Positions 25,245 to 38,763 of a stretch of 64,000 nucleotides of DNA are shown here, in pieces. Both the position numbers and the translations under genes were made by a program. The stretch lies in the NCBI GenBank assembly GCA_051294905.1, contig CM119372.1, forward strand, positions 27,654,001 through 27,718,000, read 5' to 3'. This DNA is from Botryllus schlosseri. Its lineage: Eukaryota. Position 1 is the first letter of the stretch, and each line of letters begins with the position of its first letter. A model generated the notes under the pieces. It made no database searches. It was not told the DNA's origin and worked only from the letters and a program-made list of their open reading frames with translations.

Positions 25245-27211
25245 TAGGGTTGCCATACGTCCGGAATTTCCCGGACATGTCCGGAATTTCACTGTTAAAG
25301 CTGCGTCCGGGAGGAATTTCTAAAATATGCCTAAATGTCCGGAATTTTGAAGTAAGCTCATTATTTTTTGCTAAATCAACAGAAACAATGTTATTTTTGA
25401 ACAGATTAATGCTACATGAAATTTTTCTTCGCGCTGCGCGCGATTTAGTAACACATACATTGGTTTTAATATGGATACTACCACCCTCGCAAAAACTGCG
25501 ATCAAAAATAAATAAAGATAACATTCAGTTACAGAAATCAGTCTAATTGTAATCGCAGTTACAAGATAACGGTATACTCATAGAGTCGGTTTATGCCGCT
25601 TGAACATGACTTAACAATGTACAAGATAGCGACAAGATAGCGTAAACCGACAAGATATCGTAATGGTGAAGCGTCCGGCTTCTTGATCGGTAGGTCGTGC
25701 GTTCGGTCTCCGGCCGGGTCAGACCAAAGACCTGATTAGTAAAATTGATATCCATGACTTCTCCGCTTGGCCCATTGGGATAGCATGGAGGGGTGGTGCA
25801 AGACTTAGAAAGCCGTGTACAAGGCTATATCTGCAACTTCCTTGTCCTGCGGCATATGCACATCATGCACTCATGATATGCATATGCACAGAGCGTATGT
25901 AGGTTATGTATATTGTATATATCACGAGTCGGTGTATATGCCGCAAAAATATCAACTCTGACCTTGTATAGTAATATAAGGAAGAACAAATTATTGACAT
26001 AATTCATTCAAATAATTTACCTAAGTTGCATCGATTACCCTACAGTCGGCTCAAGATCAGTGTTCATTTGAGCGGGAGGCCGCTGAAAAAAATGTGGCTT
26101 CGGCCCTGGTTACAACTTAAAACTACACAACCACATACCAGTGTTAGGATGACTCGACTCATGACTTGACTCGAGTCAGACTCGAGTCACCTTTTTCGTA
26201 TGACTTGACTTGACTCGAGTCACTTTGCTAGAATTACTGGACTTGACTTGACTCGGCGTATCAGAAATGTGGATTGACTCGTGAGTCGAAGCAAAATTCA
26301 ATTCAAATTCAATTTCGAGTCATAAAGCAATCGATATCGATAAAAATCACTGTGCCTTACATGTGGTCGGATTGTTCGCGAAACGCTGTTGTAACCTGTG
26401 AGAGCGACCAATCATTCATTGATCGTGTCTTTTACTGAGCCTCAATTGTTCTCTCGCAATAAATTGACCGCTAACGAAGTAATTGAAGCTTACAGCTTTC
26501 GGTGTCGCAAACTGGTATAGTAAAGTAATTTAATAGCAAAATGCATATTTCTGTTCTCTGCTATCATACCTTGATCAAACCTCATGTTTTATTGAAATTG
26601 AATTCGAAGATAGTTTATATAGTCCTCAACCATTGGCACAGGCTAGAATTGTATTATATCAATTTGTAAATGGGTAATGTATTGCATTTTATCAATTCGT
26701 TTCTATATTTTGGCTGGTAACTATAAACTGAGGCTATGCAATTACTTACGTAGTTTAGCATTTCTACGCATATGAGAGCGATTCATCGGCTCAGAATCAA
26801 TAACCACTCAATCTGTATTTGAGACAGCTAACAAAATGCAGTTACGTAAGCATGCCCCATATTTCGAATAGGCAACTTGACTTGAAATGTGACTTGACTC
26901 GTGACGTGACTTGACTTGACTTGACTCGACTTGACTCGAGTCACCTCTAAAGTTCGAGTGAATTGACTTGACTCGAGTCACCTCCAAAAATCGATTGACT
27001 TGACTTGACTCGAGTCAAAATGTGCAATGACTCGAAATGACTCGTGACTCGAAGGTAGTGACTTGATCCCAACACTGCCACATACTCATGAACCGGAGAG
27101 TGACCCTCTCTAGTCGATTGACAGAGCTTTGCTGGTGCGACGTCATTTTGAAGTCCGCTAGTGGGCGCTAAAGAGCGTCCGGAATTTGTGGTTCAAAAAT
27201 ATGGTAACCCA
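25245..27211. mobile_element. TIR element TAGGGTTGCCA...TGGTAACCCA with 7-bp TSD
   Basis: TSD GATATCT (25238-25244, 27212-27218); GTCCGG subterminal repeats; contains a tRNA-SINE fragment (~25658-25800) and the element at 26139-27077. Confidence 0.82.
26139..27077. mobile_element. hAT MITE with GACTT/GACTC repeats
   Basis: TIR CAGTGTTAGGAT / ATCCCAACACTG; exact TSD CCACATAC. Confidence 0.92.
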
Positions 27212-27304
27212 GATATCTACTCTCCTATTCGCACATAAAACAAGGATGTCTTGTAGTTATGGCTAGACAGTTAAACCAGTAGCATATTAATGAGTACTAT
27301 AGTT

Positions 27305-28280
27305 CAGGGCTCTTCAACCGGGGTTGTTGTACACCCTAGGGTGTACCAAAATCGTAAAAGGGTGTACCACTCAGATGGGGTGTTCTGGATTGTACCAGAT
27401 GCACGAATTAACGAATTGGCTCCCAAATCTTCGAGATTTTTTTTTTCGTTTTCAATCTTGGTGCGATTAAGGATGACTTAGATCTTTTTTAATATTGTGT
27501 GTAATCTGAGTCCCATAATACAAATGTGAACCGCAGAGGAAAATGATGCACCCAATAAATACCAATTCGGAATCGTGTGTGTTTTACAAATGAAGGTTTT
27601 TCTCGTACCGAATTGGCCGAATCTAATACATATTTCGACTATGCCTACAGTCCTGATGGAAGGTCAAAATAAACAACATTGAACAAAGTGATTATTAAAA
27701 AGCGGATGATGCATCATAATTAATTTTCTTCCCGAAGTTTTTGAAGACACTCCCTCCCTCAATAGGCTCCATCGGTCGTCTGATCCCGTGGACTAATATT
27801 GGATAAATATTTGACAGTAATCTATGAAACAACCAATATTATCGACGAAATTAATTTTCCAGATTGAAAAATTTTTACGCGCTACGAGCTCCAGTTGCTC
27901 TTTCCTAACATTTATGCTAGCGATTTGGGTGATGAGATAGTAAGCCTGTGTTTTGCTGCAACAATGTCAAATTGTTATGGGCAAGATATATCTCAAGAAA
28001 TCAGTGTTGGTGCAGAACACCACAAGGGCTCTCTGCGGTGCAAAGGTCCCCGAAAGACAATTTAACATGAACATGGAGAGTATATGACGTCCAGATATGC
28101 CATGACGACTCTCCGTCGGGATACGGCCGTATGCTATATATGGGACCTAAGCAAGGAGTTGGAAAATCCCTGCATTAAGCTTACTATACACGGAATCAGT
28201 GAGTTATGTGGTCAGGGGAGTACGAGTTTCGAGTAAATGTTAAAAAGGTGTACCACGACGAATAAGGTTGAAGAGCACCA
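27305..28280. mobile_element. hAT-type MITE
   Basis: CAGGGCTCTTCAACC / GGTTGAAGAGCAC ends; interrupts the Chapaev3 frame; no TSD seen. Confidence 0.65.
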
Positions 28281-29767
28281 AATTTGAATTCAACAGTTTC
28301 AATTCTTGTAATACCCCTTGATGCCACATGTACCGGCTAGGCTACCATCTACAGCGAAGCACATTAATTCGTATTGTGCGACAATTTAGAGCTCTCAATG
28401 TCTCTATGAGACCTTGAACATCGACACAATAGACTAAAGAGGATTCGGATGCGAAGAACCGTGTGTACTCACTATCACGATGCATATAGCAAGCAAAGGG
28501 GGTATCAGTGCAACGTATTATATGTTTGACTTTAAATTCGGAACGTACAACAAGAGCAGATTCATTTGGCGAATTTAAATTTATGACAAAGTTATTTAGT
28601 TCAGCTTGCTTCAACTTTATATAGCTGCTGATCGCCATCACACTCATGCTGAGAACATTCTTCGAACAAAGACTCTTCACTGAGAGAATCTTATCCAACA
28701 GTTGGTAAAACTTTTGAAGGCAATGAAATTGTGACATCTGACCCGTGAGGAATCGGTCGTGTTGCGCAAATCAAATTGGATATTGAATTTGATGCTCATT
28801 TTGACGTAGTTAAAAATACACGAGCAAAAGTAACAATTTTTCTTCATGTACTTTTTTTCAAATAGCCTAGGCCAGTGGCTCCCAGCCGGGGGTCCAAGGA
28901 CCCTTGAGGATTCCCAAAGCAATTTCAGGGGGTCCGAGAAGCTTCTTAATTTGAAAAATTATTAATACACTAATTCTTTTTTTAGTTATAGGGAAATCAC
29001 GATGCAGTTTTGTTTCACACCAGCTAGAACTTCAAGATTCAAATCAACAGCATGGCCGTCTGAGATGAAACATCTTACTGTGAATTCGCAAAAGCCGGTA
29101 TTGATAAGTGTACAATTTGAATGAATTTTATACGGCGATGGATAACAAATTTTCGTATTATATACCTTGATGAGGGAATGTAACACTGTACCAAGTTTGA
29201 AGGCTATGACTCACTAATTACATTAGTAAGTGCGTCATCAAAGTCGAGTATCCAGGGTCTACGTGCACATAAAAGAAATTTAATATAGGTTTATGTGAAT
29301 TTTGAAAGTGTTCTATACCGAGATGGATGACGAAATTCGGTATGGTACATCTTGGTTGTGTTATCTAGCTTTGCAGTAAGTTTCAGGATAGTCACGCAAT
29401 GATTAGCATGGTGATTCCTTTATCAAAGTCGGCAATATATCAGTGTGCGCTCATCCACCAAATACTCGACTTTGACAGCAAAATTACTACGTTAATCATT
29501 GAGTCACAGCCTTTTAACTTGGTACAGTACTAGATGACAGCAACAAAATATACCATACTAAATCCTGTCACCGACCTTCAAATGGAACACAGTCAATATC
29601 AACAAAGACCAATAGCGACTCTGCCTTTAATTAGTGCTGCAGACGGATCGACAATACCAAAGTCATGAAAGGTATCAGGGCGTGACGGTCACGTGATTTT
29701 TCGAGTGGCCACACCACCTTTGAGTACACGCTGGTAAAACTATAGATAACTAGGTTAAACCGTAGAT

Positions 29768-32700
29768 CAGTGATGAGCGGATGTTGGATTTTGAGAATCC
29801 GAATCCGTCCGACAGTTTTGGTGTCTGCGGAACTATCCGTCCGACTCCGGATAATCTCATCCAACTATCCAAATTTATCCAGAAATCTCCTACAATAATC
29901 CGAAAAATCCTTATCGAATAATGATATCGCAGAATATCAATTGTACAGCTGAGCTTAGTTACAGTTCTGCACTAGAAGATCACGAATTGTATCTATGGAA
30001 TGAACAAAAATTGGCATTTCATTAATAGGAAAGTTAACGCAAAGAAACAACGCTACTAATTTGAAGTAAGTGTGCGAATGAAAGTGGTATCTCGATCAAA
30101 TGTAAAATGACAAAGATTATTAGGCCATGGCCATATGTAACAATCAGGCATTTAACCATATCACCCAATATATATCAAGAAGTAATAGTAGCAAGTTGTG
30201 ACCATGGAATTTCACAATTGGGAGATGGTCAATATTAGATGCAGATAAGCCACATTTTGCCCACAAGTGCTGGAAGGCGTGAAGGCCTGTTTAGTAGCAA
30301 CTTGCTGATGCTTATAATACCTTTGGTCAATCAGTTCAAAGCTTCGAGCATGACGCTTATAGTCGTGTCACACAAAATGTGAATAATAGCACCATCCTGA
30401 TTCCTGAATGTCCCACAATCTGTCCAAATTTCCTCTCCAGTAGCTGGTTAGTAGTTGTCTTGCCGACTTGTTTATTGGACGAGAAGAAACTCATCTTCAA
30501 CTGTGCTGTATCCTTGGCCTTTTGGATATGGTTTGTAAGGTTCATTGTACCACTTGATAACGTGTGGTGTTTCACTTGAACATAGAAATTATAGCATTCA
30601 GCAGAGCCAGTGTCCCATAAATCCGGATGCAATCGCTCTACACTCCACTCTGGCTGTGCTATCTCTCAAGACGTCGACTTTCTTCAATCCATTATAATTG
30701 AGAAACGAAACTCCGACAGTACGGAATCATAGCTCAAATCGACACTCAGACGAGGAGTTGGACAACATTCAAGGTCTTCAAATAATGCAATGCACATTAT
30801 GCGCTAGTTGAAGGAGCTCCACTCAAGAGATATGACGCATCACTAACGTACTGATCAACACTCCTTGGCGTTGACTTTCAAACTGTTTACATGGTCTCTC
30901 GTTGAAATCATATGGAAAAGCACCATAATCACGCCAAAGTCTTTTTTCACAATTCTTCCACTGAAATCAAATTTACTTAAACAGACCATTGCTTGACAAA
31001 AAAACTAACAGCTTTTTCTTGTATGGCTCAGTGGTTCTGGATGATTGATTCCGTCAATCATATTGGAGAAAATATAGCAGCTGAAGAAAGGGAAGAGTAA
31101 GCAGGACAGTTGAGTAGGTTTGCTTTCGTTGTAACGGTATATAGGAATTTTGGATTTTATAGCCTTGTTATATGCAGAGGTGGTCAGTAACGAAGTACTT
31201 ATACTTTTTCGAAGTACTCAAGTAGTTTTCCTCTACTTCTGGTACTTACTCAAGTAGATCTGAATTTCACTACTTCTACTTCTACTTCATAATATTTTAT
31301 GATCTACTTACTTACTTTTCGCTATTTCCAGTTTGTCAAGTAGAAGTAGTTTAATCCTCCAATCAGGAAGATAGCCTGAGAAATTTCGGGGCTGTTTTCA
31401 CGGAGTATCGACATTCAATTTTAATAAAAGTTGAGTTAAGCCCAGAATTTTCGTCGCGCTTCGCGCGCAGTGAATGCGAAGTGACCAGTATGATTTCACG
31501 AAGGTATCGGTGAATATAATTTAGGTAGCGGGTTGGCGTGGTTTATTTCACACCGCATTGTCGCCCTTCGCCATATCAAGTATTTCATTACAGTATATAT
31601 GGCTTATCATAACGTTTGAAACTGATGTTTCGCAATCTAGCATTTACTAATCATATTGTAATCAAGCTGTCCATGGCGTGTCCTAATCTGGAATAGTTGA
31701 CTCTGACTTTTTTTAGTTTTAGAGCTGTTTTAGCATACCAACCTTCGAAATTTTCTGGACTAAAGACATTAAATACATGTTCCGTTTTTAGATTTATAGT
31801 TCACTTTCAATACCATATATTTTGATTTCTAATTTATATCAGTTCTTTTGTCTGGATAACGTACATGTTGAAGTATAAAAACAAGTGTAATGTCTTCAAT
31901 TTCCAGAAATAAAGCTACACTATATAGCTTACGGACCACCATATTTTTTAAACGTTTACTAATCGCACAAAGTGTTTACACCGTATCCAACACAACATCT
32001 CCATATTGCTCTTCGACTAAACTACAGGCCTTATAATATGGGGGAGTGCGCACTGTGCAGTACCATGATATTTTCTAAAACGTGGTGTTTGAGTAAACAG
32101 AGAATTAGTATCGCATTTCCATATCAATACTATCATTTTCATCCCATGATGTGGGCGAATGCTTATATGCTGTCAAAAATTGGAGACCTGCTGGTATGCA
32201 TCAATATGAATCAAGCTCGTCGTCACCTTTCGCATAGCTCAATTTGCACCTTTTTACAATCCATGTGAACGAATTAGGATCGTTTTCACAACTACTTACT
32301 TACTTGAGTACTTTTAAAGTCAGTCAACTCTACTTCTACTTCAAGTAGTTTTAGGTTGCTCATGGAAGAAGTACTTCTACTAGTACTTGAGTAGATTTTT
32401 TCGTCGCTACTTCTACTTCTACTTGAGTAGCTTTCTTGACTACTTTGACCACCTCTGGTTATATGTTATTAGTGTGCCTTAGTATGATATGCATGTATCT
32501 TGAATGATTTCAAAGAGGCTGCTAGGCTGCTGTATCGTCAAGGCATCATTATATTAATTATCATACATTTTATCTATATATCTTCCTACATAATTTTCTA
32601 TATAATTATCTGACTCCAGAAAGTTACTTGTACATGTTTGTATGCATATTCTTATTTGGTTGACCGGGCTGCAAGTGTGTGAATAGCTATTAACTCGATG

Positions 32701-33584
32701 TGCCAAGCTGACAAGAAGTCCAAGTCCACACTGGGAATACCTTCTCACAGAATGGAGTTATTACATTGTTGAACGTCATCAGGATATATTCCGTTATGAT
32801 CATGAACTGCTGAAAGACTCATGGTAGCCAAAGATTGTGCCATAGCACAAGCACCGCTGTATAGTGTTGATCGAAAGGGTATCGCAAAGTACGCAAAGAG
32901 GGATTTGACTTACCGCTATATTAATCTACAGAAGACTGCCACAACAACAATTTGAGGATTCTAGAAATTGTATGCCCTATTGTGACATTCATCAGCAATG
33001 GGTTAAAAAACTACATGTGAAGGCGAGAAGCAAACGCAGTTTTGTGACAGATGTTGAAACTATACCTTCAATTTTGCGAAGTTCAGACACTGCTCTGCGA
33101 GAATACCGTACTGATGATAACCATTTCAGGCGAGCTCATGTCCAATCATACCATCTTTTATCAGTTCACATATTATATATCGTTAGACCGGCAAGTATGG
33201 TATACTTTATGTGTTTTAGCTAATAAATCTGATAACATGGCTGATCTTATAGTATTGTCTATTCTTGAATGGTTAGAATGGTAGTGGCAATAGTTGATCT
33301 ATATTATCTTGGACTCTTGACAAACATTTTTAGACTGCTACCAGTCATATCGCAAGGTGTCAGCTGTCTGTATTTGGTTATTGAATTGATGACTTCTTTC
33401 TATAGGCCTGTAATCAAATCTCACATAAGGTTACAACTATCCGGAAATATCCTATCAAAAGTTACAACTATCCGACAATATCCGAAAAAATATTTGTGAT
33501 AATATCCGAGTCCTATCCGACTGCCACAAAATCGTCTAATATCCGGTCCGAATGCCATCCGAGTCCGTCCGATGCTCATCACTG
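29768..33584. mobile_element. hAT element with decayed transposase-like pieces and (ATCCG)n subterminal repeats
   Basis: TIR CAGTGATGAGC / GCTCATCACTG; exact TSD CCGTAGAT. BED-like SSGTMNLTNHI on the minus strand at 30357-30632. A short relative lies at 60238-60741. Confidence 0.9.
31175..32457. mobile_element. hAT MITE with TACTT repeats, nested in 29768-33584
   Basis: TIR CAGAGGTGGTCA / TGACCACCTCTG; exact TSD GTTATATG. Confidence 0.92.
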
Positions 33585-35623
33585 CCGTAGATGCAACACT
33601 CGCGAGCGTCACGTTATTTCACGCTCTACCAGCGAGATGGATGACGAAATTCGGTATGGTACATCTTGGTTGTGTTATCTAACTTTGCAGTAAGTTTCAG
33701 GATAGTCAAACAATGACGGCATACATTACGGCACGGTTATTGTGTTGCTTGGCGCTTATGCAGTCGGAGGCAGATTTCAGCATTAGGTTGGTAATATCTA
33801 TGCATGGGGTATGGTTAGCGAGTAAATGCTCCATATGGTTACTAACCGAGATTATTGGATCCATGCTACACAATCGGTGCTGGGAAAAGTGGCAAGCAAA
33901 TACATTTTTTTAGTCAATAAATACGGCTGCCCGAAGCGAATTTCTAATATCTCAAGATATAAATTCCTAGGTGTAAGTGTAAGGTGTCGTATTGAAAGTG
34001 ACGACTCTAATCGCATGTCAGCTGACGTGGTCTCGATGCCTTCAAATTCTGTAGATATAGGTATGTAGATTAGCTTGGAATCACGCCATATATAATAGGA
34101 ATTTTTATTACTTGACAGGCGATTATTTGTCTGAATCTAATTGTAACTGTTGCGACTTGGCCTAGACAAGGATATTTGATTGAGACTACTCACTGCTGAT
34201 CTTATTCAAGATCTGCTGAATAATGTACAATGATATGGAGGACAGGAGAGTGACGGCAAGGAAGCAAGTGGCAGCTGGTGATGAAGTCTGAAACCTTCAG
34301 CATTGCTAACAATAGCTTTAATACTATACCGCCTACCATCTATCTTCATTCATTAAGTATGTATTGGAATCAGGCTGTCCCAATACGCAAGCAGAAGACT
34401 GATGGCTGTCGATCTGAATTTCAGTCGGAGCAGGTGATAATCCAGAAGCATTTCACGAATGGGACTAATTCTATGAAAGTTTATTTAGGATCAAATTTAT
34501 CAAACTTTTGCTTGGTAGAACGCAGCTAATGAGTTGGATCAAAGAAGATGAAACTTGAGGAGGAAAATTTGGTGCGTTGTGAGCAAAAGTCTTGAGTACA
34601 TTGCATGGTGCACTTTCAACAATGCACGTGGCCCTCTCGGACGAGGACACTGTTGTTTTGAAATTGTAAATCTACTTTGCAATTTCCAACCACGTGGCTC
34701 CTTCATTTCATTTATCAAGAATAAGGATTGACAAAATATTCATATTTTGGATAAGGAAAAAGGTTGTTCTTGGCTAAGTTTTAAAGTAGTCAAATATCAT
34801 AACCATGTTAGTAAGTCTTGCAAGTAGGAAAACCTACTTGAATACTTTGAAAAAGTATGCACATGTTGGAATCTGCCAAAATATATCTGAATGTGACAGG
34901 TTTGTAACCAAGTCACAAGGCTCCGAGTCACAAGTAGATTTCTCATTTAGAATTTTGACTCGAGTCATTTTGAATTCACCACCAATTCAAGTCCGAATCC
35001 AAGTCATCGAGCAGGGGATCAAGTCTGTGTCATGGTATTATGACTCAAGTCCGAGTTTAAGTCAATATGTTGACTGCTCAGTTTCCAGTTAAAGTCTAGT
35101 TAAGCTCAATGTTATAACTCTGCTTGGTGATATCGAATGGTTCACAATTACAATATACTAATTTTCCTCACTTTTAACAGTTTCTGACCGCACTTTCAAG
35201 TATCAGTAGCAATAGACGAAACCCCAATAGGCTGGTTACTTTATTATTCTTCGAAATTACAATGAAATGTCGGCCTTGGCCGTCTGAGTCTCGAGTCATA
35301 TATGACCTGGTTCGGGTCATGCGCAATGACTCGAGTCCAAGTCGCGTCAATACACTGATTGAATCGAGTCGAGTCATTTCCGTATTTTGAGAAAATGACT
35401 CGAGTCAAGTCGTGTCATCGATAATAGTGACTCGAGTCGGGTCATTACAACTCCACTGTGACACAACCAACGGTCCGTGTGTTTCTGTTTTTATATTCCG
35501 TATTTCGTGGTTTATTGTCTCTATATCGTCATGAAGAAGGAAGCAATGAAATGCGATTTTACCAAATTTGTCTCATTTGGGAGAGCTCAACAAGAATTAG
35601 AGAGCCGAGTCAATGGTCATAAG

Positions 35624-36094
35624 TAGGGCAAGTTTTTGCAAATTTTTTTACAGCTTCCTGCAGCTTCCTAAATAGTCGTATGATATGTAGAATGCTGTTT
35701 CAAGCTGTTTGAAGGAATCTTAAAGTGCAACTTTTTGCAACTTTTGTTCATTATTCTTCATGCATTTTTTTGCAACATTTTGCAGCTTTTTCGATTTTTC
35801 ATGAAAGTATTTTCGATGTTGGTGAAATTCACTGCTAAATTCGACTGCAATGCCTCAAATCAGTACTGAAGGAACTCTCTTACGTGTATTTCGGAAGCTG
35901 AGCCGGAAAGATGACTTTTTTTAGTCAATCTGGAGTGGAACTGGGGAGTTGACCTTTATTTTTTTAGTCTACGGAGCAAAATGTGGTCTTTTGGTGCTAC
36001 CTTTGTGAAAAAAATAAATGCAACTTTTTACTGCAACTTTTGTCACAAATAAATGTAACTTCCCCGGATTTAGCTGCAACAGAAACTTGCCCTT
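35624..36094. mobile_element. MITE with TGCAAC repeats
   Basis: TAGGGCAAGTTT / AAACTTGCCCTT ends; exact TSD GTCATAAG. Confidence 0.85.
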
Positions 36095-37740
36095 GTCATA
36101 AGTCATAGTAGGGGGGCGTCTATATTTTAATCAAACCGAAAGACATAAAAGGCCGCATCAATATTGACATGTGCGATGTAGCCTACACATGCGCAATACA
36201 GGATAGGAATGAGTGACGAGACCTTCGCATTCAACTTGTCGGATCACAACCACATCAAACATGTTGTACACCGTCTCTGTATAATCTGACTGTATGTAAA
36301 CATATAAGATTGGAATAATGTCAGGGTTAAGTAGGGTAACAGCGTTGATACGACGACAAGATGTAATCCAGTAAATATTTTCTACATCTATCATCCGAAT
36401 GTCCACGGATAGCCTATTTGTTGTGACAGTGATTCCATATGAGAAGCCCTGAGTGTTTAATAGATCTTGAGCCAGGTTACTATTACATGCAGATAAATAT
36501 AGATTTGCCCGTTGACAAGGATCTCGTAGTCTGAGAGTGAAAATATTTGCGTGTAACTGTTATCTTGCAAAATTCAATGCTTAAGCTGTCAGTGAAATGA
36601 TTTTTCACATTTGACATCATTCAACTGGATTATTTGATACCGCAAGGCGGCTTCTATTCGCCACATTTTTGACACCCAGTATTTTTAAAACATGAAGTTC
36701 AACCAGGGGGATTCGCATCCCATCTGCTTTCAGATGTAGGAGCACCTCTACGTATCAGTTTATCACCTATCCTCATTAAAATGATGAAATTGACATTGCA
36801 CTGATCTTATGGGATTTTATGCTTCTGAGATAAATTCCAGCGATAATTTGGATATCTGACTGTGGAGTTCCGCTAGTCCCACCATATTGCAGGCATTCAC
36901 GTAGTCTCTTTGTCAAAGCTGTGTAATGATAAAGGGGTCATCAATGGTGTTATATGGGTCTTATATCACACAAATTTCACAACCTTTACTTTCATCCTAT
37001 TCGACTAGCCTCAGGATCGTCATTTAGTTTCAATGTGTCGAGAAGAAACTCAGTGCCTGATAAATTTCTATAGAAATAGTCCCACGCGTGAAATGCATAG
37101 TGGGATCACCAGCTTTGAATAAAATTTTACCAAAAGCCATCAATTTTTTTGTATTAAGATAGCGTGACTTCATTACTGACTGCTCCAATGAAGATAGATG
37201 GTAGGTGATACGATAGCGACCCTTGTATAACTTACATAGCCAGTAATCACTTGCTTCTTTGCCATTACCGTTCTCCATGTCATTGGACATTATACAGCAG
37301 ATCTTGAATAACATCGTCAGTGAGCAGTTACTTTTAATCAAATCTACTTTCATCGGCCAACTCACAACAGTTAAAATTAGATTCTAAGAATTATTCCTCT
37401 GTCAAGTAACAATAATTCATATTACTATAAGGCGTGATTCCATGCTAAGCAGCATAACGTTGTCTACAGAATTTGAAGGGGCCGAGACCGCGCCAACTGA
37501 AATGTGGTTTCTTATTCTGATTGATATTATACCAACACGTCATTAGTAGTATAACTACTTTTAATATGACACCTCGGAATTTCTATCTCGAGAAACAAGA
37601 AACCCGCTTCGAGCAGCCGTATTTATTGGCTTCAAAATTGTATTCGATTGCTCGTTTTCCTAGCACAGATTGTGTAGCATGGAACCTTAGTTAGTAAACA
37701 TACGGAGCGGCTACTCGCCAAACATATCCCATGGATAGAT

Positions 37741-38020
37741 GTATGTATGTATGTATAGGGGGGAGGGGGTGCTTCTCGGCTAACTGGGGCCTTTGGCACC
37801 ATGCCTGTTTTGTTCACTAATACAACTGTAAGTCTCTATAGAGCTTGTATCAAGCATTTATTAGCTTGTTACAAGCTACTTTACAAGAATTATTTTTACA
37901 GTGTAGTGGACAATATAACAAAGTCTAACAGTGATTGTAGCGTGTGAGGACTTTTCAATAGCGAACTAAGCGAAAGTGGAATATTGTGTCTATGTGCGGA
38001 TTGAATTAGATGGACCCTGG
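37741..38020 (-). mobile_element. Short retroposon-like insertion with (ATAC)n tail
   Basis: 12-bp TSD CCATGGATAGAT (37729-37740, 38021-38032); absent from the homologous left arm near 33800. Confidence 0.7.
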
Positions 38021-38763
38021 CCATGGATAGATATTACCATCCTAATGGTGAAATCTGCCTCCTGGTGCAAAAGCGCCAAGCAAAACAAAAACATTGCCGT
38101 ATAGTATAATTAGAGCGTGAAATCACGTGGCGCTCGCGAGTGTCGCATCTACGGTTTGCCTTAGTTATCTATAGGTGAATAGTGCACACTGAGTTGAAGT
38201 ATTCGGGAAAATGGACCAAATAACTGGTAATCGCAGGAGCGAAAACTCCAATGCGGAACAGTTGAATACGGTTAGGGTCGCATTTAAAACAAAAATCAAT
38301 TTAAAACAAACAGATTAAAAACATGGCTCTTGTTTTATACATGATTTTTAGCATGGACGTCATGAGTCTTTAATGTGACGTCACCGTGGATTGACGTTTA
38401 CAATTAAAAAATAAAGGGCTCCTTCGGCGAAAAGAGCTTGTCGTAAACAGACCAAAATATATTTATTCAGGACTATATCAAGATGCAGCATTTTCACGGT
38501 CGGTGACCACCATCATAAGAACAGCCATTCCCTACCAATATTCTATATCTACAAGCTATAAATAACGAACATACGACGATTCCGGGGGTTCTAGCCACTC
38601 CATATTGTATATTTCGACTAAATTGGGTGCACACCGTCCGTATAAGCTAAGACTACATGTCTTTCGAAAGTATTCTCACAATTATGACATGGCTATACTA
38701 CGTTTGAAAAAAGCACACTTTTGTTCTTTTTAAAAAGGCATTTGTGTAAAACACTGTTTAAAA

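Larger units (their letters stand above)
25030..28640 (-). pseudogene. Chapaev3-type transposase remnant split by two insertions
   Basis: 28640-28281: QAELNNFVINLN, FFASESSLVYCVDVQGL, LSHNTN. 27304-27212: HPCFMCE*ESR. 25244-25030: KWP, VVLPPLYIELDLMK, YIHEKFPYL. Confidence 0.85.
33585..38174. repeat. Diverged inverted pair of an unclassified element (left arm 29740-29767 + 33585-~34620; right arm ~36900-38174)
   Basis: Collinear reverse-complement similarity over about 1 kb, starting CTATAGATAACTA.G..AAACCGTAGATGC.ACACTCGCGAGCG in both arms. Confidence 0.8.

Noticed and set aside
7960..28640. One giant Chapaev3 element enclosing the mucin exon
   Set aside because: The 8-9 kb copy has its own N-terminal motifs overlapping those of the 25-28.6 kb copy, so they are independent insertions.
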